DNA from: a virus
Lineage: Duplodnaviria > Heunggongvirae > Uroviricota > Caudoviricetes
Virus record (IMG/VR): IMGVR_UViG_3300037882_000610
Location: 1 to 17,575 of that record
Length of the DNA: 17,575 nucleotides
Strand: one strand, 5' to 3'
Every line of letters starts with the position of its first letter. The first letter of the stretch is position 1. The translations under genes were made by a program, and so were the position numbers. Of this stretch, positions 14,523-17,575 are shown in pieces. The notes beneath the pieces were generated by a model. That model worked only from the letters and a program-made list of their open reading frames with translations, was not told the DNA's origin and did not search any database.

Positions 14523-14547
14523 AAATTGTCGTGCAGACCTGAAAAGC

Positions 14548-14558
14548 TGTGCTACAAT
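14548..14558 (+). promoter_or_regulatory. Extended -10 promoter upstream of the hairpin array
   Basis: TGTGCTACAAT, identical to the -10 region at 12656-12666; no clear -35. Confidence 0.55.
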
Positions 14559-14577
14559 ACAGTCTACGACAGAATTT

Positions 14578-14641
14578 AGAGTGCTTCAAGCAAACTCCTA
14601 CTATTGCAAGCCATTATTCTTTTGCGAGAAAAGAGCACTCT
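14578..14641 (+). ncRNA. Array unit U1
   Basis: AGAGTGCT/AGCACTCT stem, AAGCAA motif, inner TTCT/AGAA hairpin. Confidence 0.75.
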
Positions 14642-14650
14642 GTTGAACTT

Positions 14651-14716
14651 GGGATGTTTTCAGCAAACACAACATTTTGAAAACTTTTGGTAGCCTTCAA
14701 AAGCAAACATCATCCC
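14651..14716 (+). ncRNA. Array unit U2
   Basis: GGGATG/CATCCC stem, CAGCAA, inner CTTTTG/CAAAAG hairpin. Confidence 0.75.
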
Positions 14717-14724
14717 GTTGACCT

Positions 14725-14831
14725 CTCAGAACTTAGACCTGCAAGAAAACTTGCAACCGCCCGACTGCTAGGGCTCGCGCTGGATACTGGTGCATTGCAA
14801 GCATAAGCAGCTTGCAGGTCTAAGTCTTGAG
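14725..14831 (+). ncRNA. Unknown ncRNA element B inserted in the array (perfect 15-bp stem)
   Basis: ACTTAGACCTGCAAG 14731-14745 / CTTGCAGGTCTAAGT 14811-14825; inner multibranch. Confidence 0.65.
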
Positions 14832-14846
14832 TGACTTACAAAATTT

Positions 14847-14908
14847 AGGATCGTTACAGCAACCAATATACACTTCACTTGTAATGAAACCTGTAAAAAG
14901 GCGATCCT
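14847..14908 (+). ncRNA. Array unit U3 with a Thr(UGU)-type anticodon stem-loop
   Basis: AGGATCG/CGATCCT, CAGCAA, TTCA-CTTGTAA-TGAA. Confidence 0.78.
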
Positions 14909-14917
14909 GCTGAATCT

Positions 14918-15008
14918 AGACTGAGTGCAGCAACACTCTTAAATGGAAAAACTTTTCACTACAAATGAAAACTAGACGGTTCAAATCCGTCAAAAAGAAC
15001 CTCAGTCT
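14918..15008 (+). ncRNA. Array unit U4 with an anticodon arm and a perfect T-arm
   Basis: AGACTGA/TCAGTCT, CAGCAA, TTTTCA-CTACAAA-TGAAAA, GACGG-TTCAAAT-CCGTC. Confidence 0.8.
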
Positions 15009-15017
15009 GTTGAATTT

Positions 15018-15167
15018 AGATTCGTTTCTGCAACCACATACGATAACGCCTTTTAAGCGAGTGGCATGGGTTCGAGTCCCATCTGCCGGGGTATAGTTAA
15101 CTACTCCCTAGCGGTAGCTTAGCTGGTAGAGCACTTAGGTCGAAAGACCAATCAAACCAACGAATCT
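15018..15167 (+). ncRNA. Array unit U5: YrlA-like permuted tRNA mimic with a Lys(UUU) loop
   Basis: AGATTCGTT/AACGAATCT, CTGCAA, CGC-CTTTTAA-GCG, T-arm, acceptor-like stem, D-arm, GGTCGAAAG. Confidence 0.82.
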
Positions 15168-15176
15168 GTTGAATTT

Positions 15177-15317
15177 AGGCTCCATGCTGCAAACAAACGC
15201 ATTGGAAAAGCCGCCATACGTAGGTTCGATCCCTACCCCTCCGACTAAGAGCATGTTGTGTTTTTAGACGGAGGGTAGCCAAGAGGTAAGGCAGCGGCAC
15301 GCAAAAGAGCGGAGCCT
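15177..15317 (+). ncRNA. Array unit U6: circularly permuted tRNA mimic (YrlA-like)
   Basis: AGGCTCC/GGAGCCT, CTGCAA; order T-arm, CCCTCCG/CGGAGGG acceptor, D-arm; GCCGC/GCGGC stem. Confidence 0.85.
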
Positions 15318-15327
15318 GTTGAAAATT

Positions 15328-15397
15328 AGGTTGATTTCTGCATACACAAAAATCTTCTGAACTAGGAGCGGTATCCGAGAGGGGCCGCACTCAACCT
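15328..15397 (+). ncRNA. Array unit U7
   Basis: AGGTTGA/TCAACCT, CTGCAT, TCTT-CTGAACT-AGGA, GNRA-capped hairpin. Confidence 0.72.
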
Positions 15398-15422
15398 GTT
15401 AACTAACATCAAGGAGAAACTG

Positions 15423-16838
15423 ATGTCCACGTTCGCACAAGCCGTCGCCCGTCACAACAATGTGACCCATACCGAAAACGGTATGCCGGCTCTCAAATCT
15501 TCACTCAACGCTTGCGTTGACCTGTTCTTCTCTGCTGGCGCAAGCCGTGGCAAGGACATCACTGTTCCGTTCTTCACGGCTCTGGCCGAAGATCGCGACA
15601 CTGCTCTGCGTCTGCTGCTCTGGCTGCGTGACGTTCGCGGTGGTGCGGGTGAGCGTCAACTGTTCCGAGACCTTCTCGTGCAGTTGGAAGCCAAGGACGA
15701 GGCAGCTCTGCTGGACATCTTCCACCTGATTCCTGAGATGGGTCGCTGGGATGACCTGTTCGTCTTTAAGACGAAGGTCTGGCAAGATGCCGCATTCCAG
15801 TTCGTGGGCGAAGCTCTGATGGACGGCAACGGTCTGGCTGCCAAGTGGACTCCTCGCAAGGGTGATGTCGCTGTGGCCTTCCGCAAGTTCCTGGGCTGGT
15901 CTCCGAAGTTCTACCGCAAGTCGCTTGTTGAGCTGTCCAACACTGTTGAGCAGAAGATGTGCGCTGGTCAGTGGGACGCAATCGAATTCGGCAAGCTGCC
16001 GTCGCTGGCTTCGGCCCGCTACCAGAAGGCTTTCCTGAAGCGTGCTCCTGAAGCCTACACTGCCTACAAGGCGGCCCTTGTGAAGGGTGAGGCGAAGATC
16101 AACGCTGCGGGTGTATATCCGTATGACATTCTGAAGAGCACTCGCTTCGGCGATGAAACTGTGGCGGAAGCCCAGTGGAAGGCTCTCCCGAACTGGTTGA
16201 CCGAAGGCACGGGAATCCTCCCGATGATTGACGTGTCGGGCTCTATGGGTGTTCCTGCGGGTGGCTCTGGCGTTCTGTCTTGCATGGACGTGGCAATCTC
16301 CCTGGGCGTGTACATTGCTGACAAGCAGCAAGGTCCGTTCCACGGTGCATGGCTTTCGTTCAGCTCGCGTCCGACGCTGGGTTTCCTGAATGATGCTTGG
16401 TCATTGAAGCAGAAGTTCAATGCGACGCAGCAAGGAGCTGGTTACACGACCAACATCCAAGGTGCGTTCAGTGAAGTTATGACGGTTGCAAAGCGCAACA
16501 GTGTTGCACCGACAGACATGCCGAAGTACATTGTCGTGTTGAGCGATATGCAGTTCGATGACGGACAAGTTGATGGCAACAGCACTGGCGCTTTCGCAAT
16601 GGCAAAGTCCATGTACGAAGCTGCTGGCTACGAGCTGCCTACGCTGGTCTTCTGGAACCTGAATGATCGTGGGAACAACACTCCGGTGGAGTTCAACGAG
16701 ATGGGCGTCGCGATGGTCTCTGGCTTCAGCCCGAGCATCATGCAAAGCGTTCTGGGTGCCAAGCATGTCAGCCCTGTGGACATCATGAACGAGACCTTGC
16801 AGAAGGATCGTTACGATTACACGCAACGTTCTCAGTAA
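15423..16838 (+). CDS. DUF2828 / TROVE-like vWA protein (Ro60/Rsr-like)
   Basis: N-terminal TENG...S.LNAC.DLFF..GASRG, WLRDVRGG.GER, GRWDD, AKW.PR; C-terminal MIDAS DVSGSM, TTNIQ, LSDMQFD, VFWNL, SGFSP; AAGGAG RBS. Confidence 0.85.
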   Translation: MSTFAQAVARHNNVTHTENGMPALKSSLNACVDLFFSAGASRGKDITVPFFTALAEDRDTALRLLLWLRDVRGGAGERQLFRDLLVQLEAKDEAALLDIFHLIPEMGRWDDLFVFKTKVWQDAAFQFVGEALMDGNGLAAKWTPRKGDVAVAFRKFLGWSPKFYRKSLVELSNTVEQKMCAGQWDAIEFGKLPSLASARYQKAFLKRAPEAYTAYKAALVKGEAKINAAGVYPYDILKSTRFGDETVAEAQWKALPNWLTEGTGILPMIDVSGSMGVPAGGSGVLSCMDVAISLGVYIADKQQGPFHGAWLSFSSRPTLGFLNDAWSLKQKFNATQQGAGYTTNIQGAFSEVMTVAKRNSVAPTDMPKYIVVLSDMQFDDGQVDGNSTGAFAMAKSMYEAAGYELPTLVFWNLNDRGNNTPVEFNEMGVAMVSGFSPSIMQSVLGAKHVSPVDIMNETLQKDRYDYTQRSQ

Positions 16839-16870
16839 TGAGATTGCCGAATGGCTGAGGTTAGGCGAGT

Positions 16871-16942
16871 GACGGAAGTCCAGCGCTGCTGATCCTAGTA
16901 GGCATGAAAGCCCGATGACGGTAGGGCTCTAGAAATTCCGTC
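16871..16942 (+). ncRNA. Structured element downstream of the DUF2828 gene
   Basis: GACGGAA/TTCCGTC closing stem; AGCCC/GGGCT hairpin. Confidence 0.45.
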
Positions 16943-16943
16943 T

Positions 16944-17081
16944 GCATTGACCAGGGCCTGTAAGTATAGAGGTCTGGAAGTTTCACCGGGAACTGGGCGG
17001 CACATAGCGCTCTCTGTGTCTGAAGGTTGAACGTGGTAGCCCGTCGAACGGCAAAACCCGGGTACGGGCTCTGGTCAATGT
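16944..17081 (+). ncRNA. Unknown ncRNA element C (18-19 bp closing stem)
   Basis: 16945-16962 pairs with 17063-17080 (18 bp, 2 GU); inner hairpins. Confidence 0.65.
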
Positions 17082-17094
17082 GAGGGAGGTTGGG

Positions 17095-17226
17095 ATGAAA
17101 GATAACAGTTTGAAGTACAGGCGACTAGGATACAGTTCCAAGAACGACTGGAACCGTTGGCAACGTCGCTTCCGAAGAGATATGAAGAAACTGGGGTGTG
17201 CCGAACAGGGTTCAAACGGGACTTGA
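17095..17226 (+). CDS. Small basic protein, 43 aa, overlapping tRNA-Ser(TGA)
   Basis: MKDNSLKYRRLGYSSKNDWNRWQRRFRRDMKKLGCAEQGSNGT; GAGGGAGG RBS. Confidence 0.5.
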   Translation: MKDNSLKYRRLGYSSKNDWNRWQRRFRRDMKKLGCAEQGSNGT

Positions 17227-17278
17227 AATCCCGGGCGTTGCGAGAGCGGCGATGGTTCGATTCCTTCACGCCCCGCCA
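17193..17278 (+). tRNA. tRNA-Ser(TGA), atypical D-arm
   Basis: GGGGTGT/ACGCCCC, CGGGA-CTTGAAA-TCCCG, long variable arm, TTCGATT, G73-CCA. Confidence 0.75.
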
Positions 17279-17422
17279 TTGTTCTTTTATCAGCATACTG
17301 ACGTGGAGGCCTCTGCGGTCTTGCGAGCGTGTCTTAGGAGGCGGGTTCGATTCCCGTAAGGTTAAACTCCGAAATGCTAGTTGACATTGCAGCTTGTTTG
17401 CGGTATCCTGATAAAAGAATAA
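17279..17422 (+). ncRNA. Unknown element D: long closing stem enclosing an orphan T-arm
   Basis: TTGTTCTTTTATCAG/CTGATAAAAGAATAA (15 bp, extendable to about 21); GCGGG-TTCGATT-CCCGT. Confidence 0.55.
17381..17409 (+). promoter_or_regulatory. Sigma70-like promoter before tRNA-Ser(GCT)
   Basis: TTGACA-17 nt-TATCCT. Confidence 0.55.
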
Positions 17423-17512
17423 GGAAGCATGGCAGAGCGGCTTAATGCTCTGGGTTGCTAACTCAGCGAGTCGGCAACGGCTCCGTAGGTTCGAATCCTA
17501 CTGCTTCCGCCA
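17423..17512 (+). tRNA. tRNA-Ser(GCT)
   Basis: GGAAGCA/TGCTTCC, CTGGG-TTGCTAA-CTCAG, long variable arm, TTCGAAT, G73-CCA. Confidence 0.92.
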
Positions 17513-17520
17513 AATAACAC

Positions 17521-17553
17521 GTATAGCCGATAAACTCAAGATATCGGTTATAC
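17521..17553. other. 12-bp hairpin after tRNA-Ser(GCT)
   Basis: GTATAGCCGATA / TATCGGTTATAC; no U-tract, so a processing signal or weak terminator. Confidence 0.5.
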
Positions 17554-17575
17554 AAGATTTCAGTTCCGAGTAAAT

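Larger units (their letters stand above)
14578..15397 (+). repeat. Tandem array of seven Y-RNA-like structured units
   Basis: Closing stems with covarying sequence, (C/A)(A/T)GCA(A/T) at +11, 9-10 nt G(T/C)TGAA-type spacers between adjacent units. Confidence 0.85.

Noticed and set aside
13384-14589. ORFs overlapping the tRNA cluster (e.g. 13864-14094, 14004-14210, 13837-14124, 14380-14589)
   Set aside because: They run through tRNA genes and lack an RBS; likely spurious.
14642-15327. Integron attC cassette array (GTTGAAT fits GTTRRRY)
   Set aside because: No matching RYYYAAC inverse core at unit starts, no cassette ORFs and no integrase; the RNA-structure explanation fits much better.
14578-15397. 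CRISPR array
   Set aside because: The conserved part is only a 9-10 nt spacer plus a 6-nt motif, unit lengths vary from 62 to 150 nt, interiors are self-folding tRNA mimics, and there are no cas genes in the window.
16845-17081. RNase P RNA or tmRNA
   Set aside because: Only loose resemblance (GGAAGTCC; AAAACCCGG). It is too short, lacks the conserved GAGGAAAGUCC core, and has no tmRNA acceptor/T-arm ends or tag ORF.

Overview
Segment of a large tailed-phage genome (probably a proteobacterial myovirus; inferred from gene content, not assigned). Bases 161-12350 form a tightly packed minus-strand accessory block: an HNH-like endonuclease, four paralogous small proteins, DUF4031, a nucleotidyltransferase/phosphoesterase chimera, a vWA protein, a macrodomain, a Seg/NUMOD3 endonuclease, a DRB0094-type RNA ligase, a ClpP-like protease and PhoH. 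An AT-rich, repeat-containing divergent-promoter region (about 12350-12690) switches to a plus-strand block containing a PD-(D/E)XK nuclease and a tRNA cluster (Tyr, Thr, Leu, Arg, His, Ser x2, two degenerate Gly) mixed with several ncRNA-like elements closed by long stems. The main finding is at 14578-15397. Seven tandem hairpin units share a structural frame (sequence-variable but base-paired 6-7 bp closing stem, C(A/T)GCAA at +11, GTTGAA spacer) and carry tRNA-derived cargo: anticodon stem-loops, T-arms and two circularly permuted tRNAs resembling bacterial Y RNA YrlA. The array lies directly upstream of a DUF2828/TROVE-like vWA (Ro60-like) gene. This is a candidate phage Ro60/Y-RNA-array system, possibly a decoy or repair counter-measure against host anticodon nucleases. 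All family calls come from motif recognition; no searches or folding programs were run.
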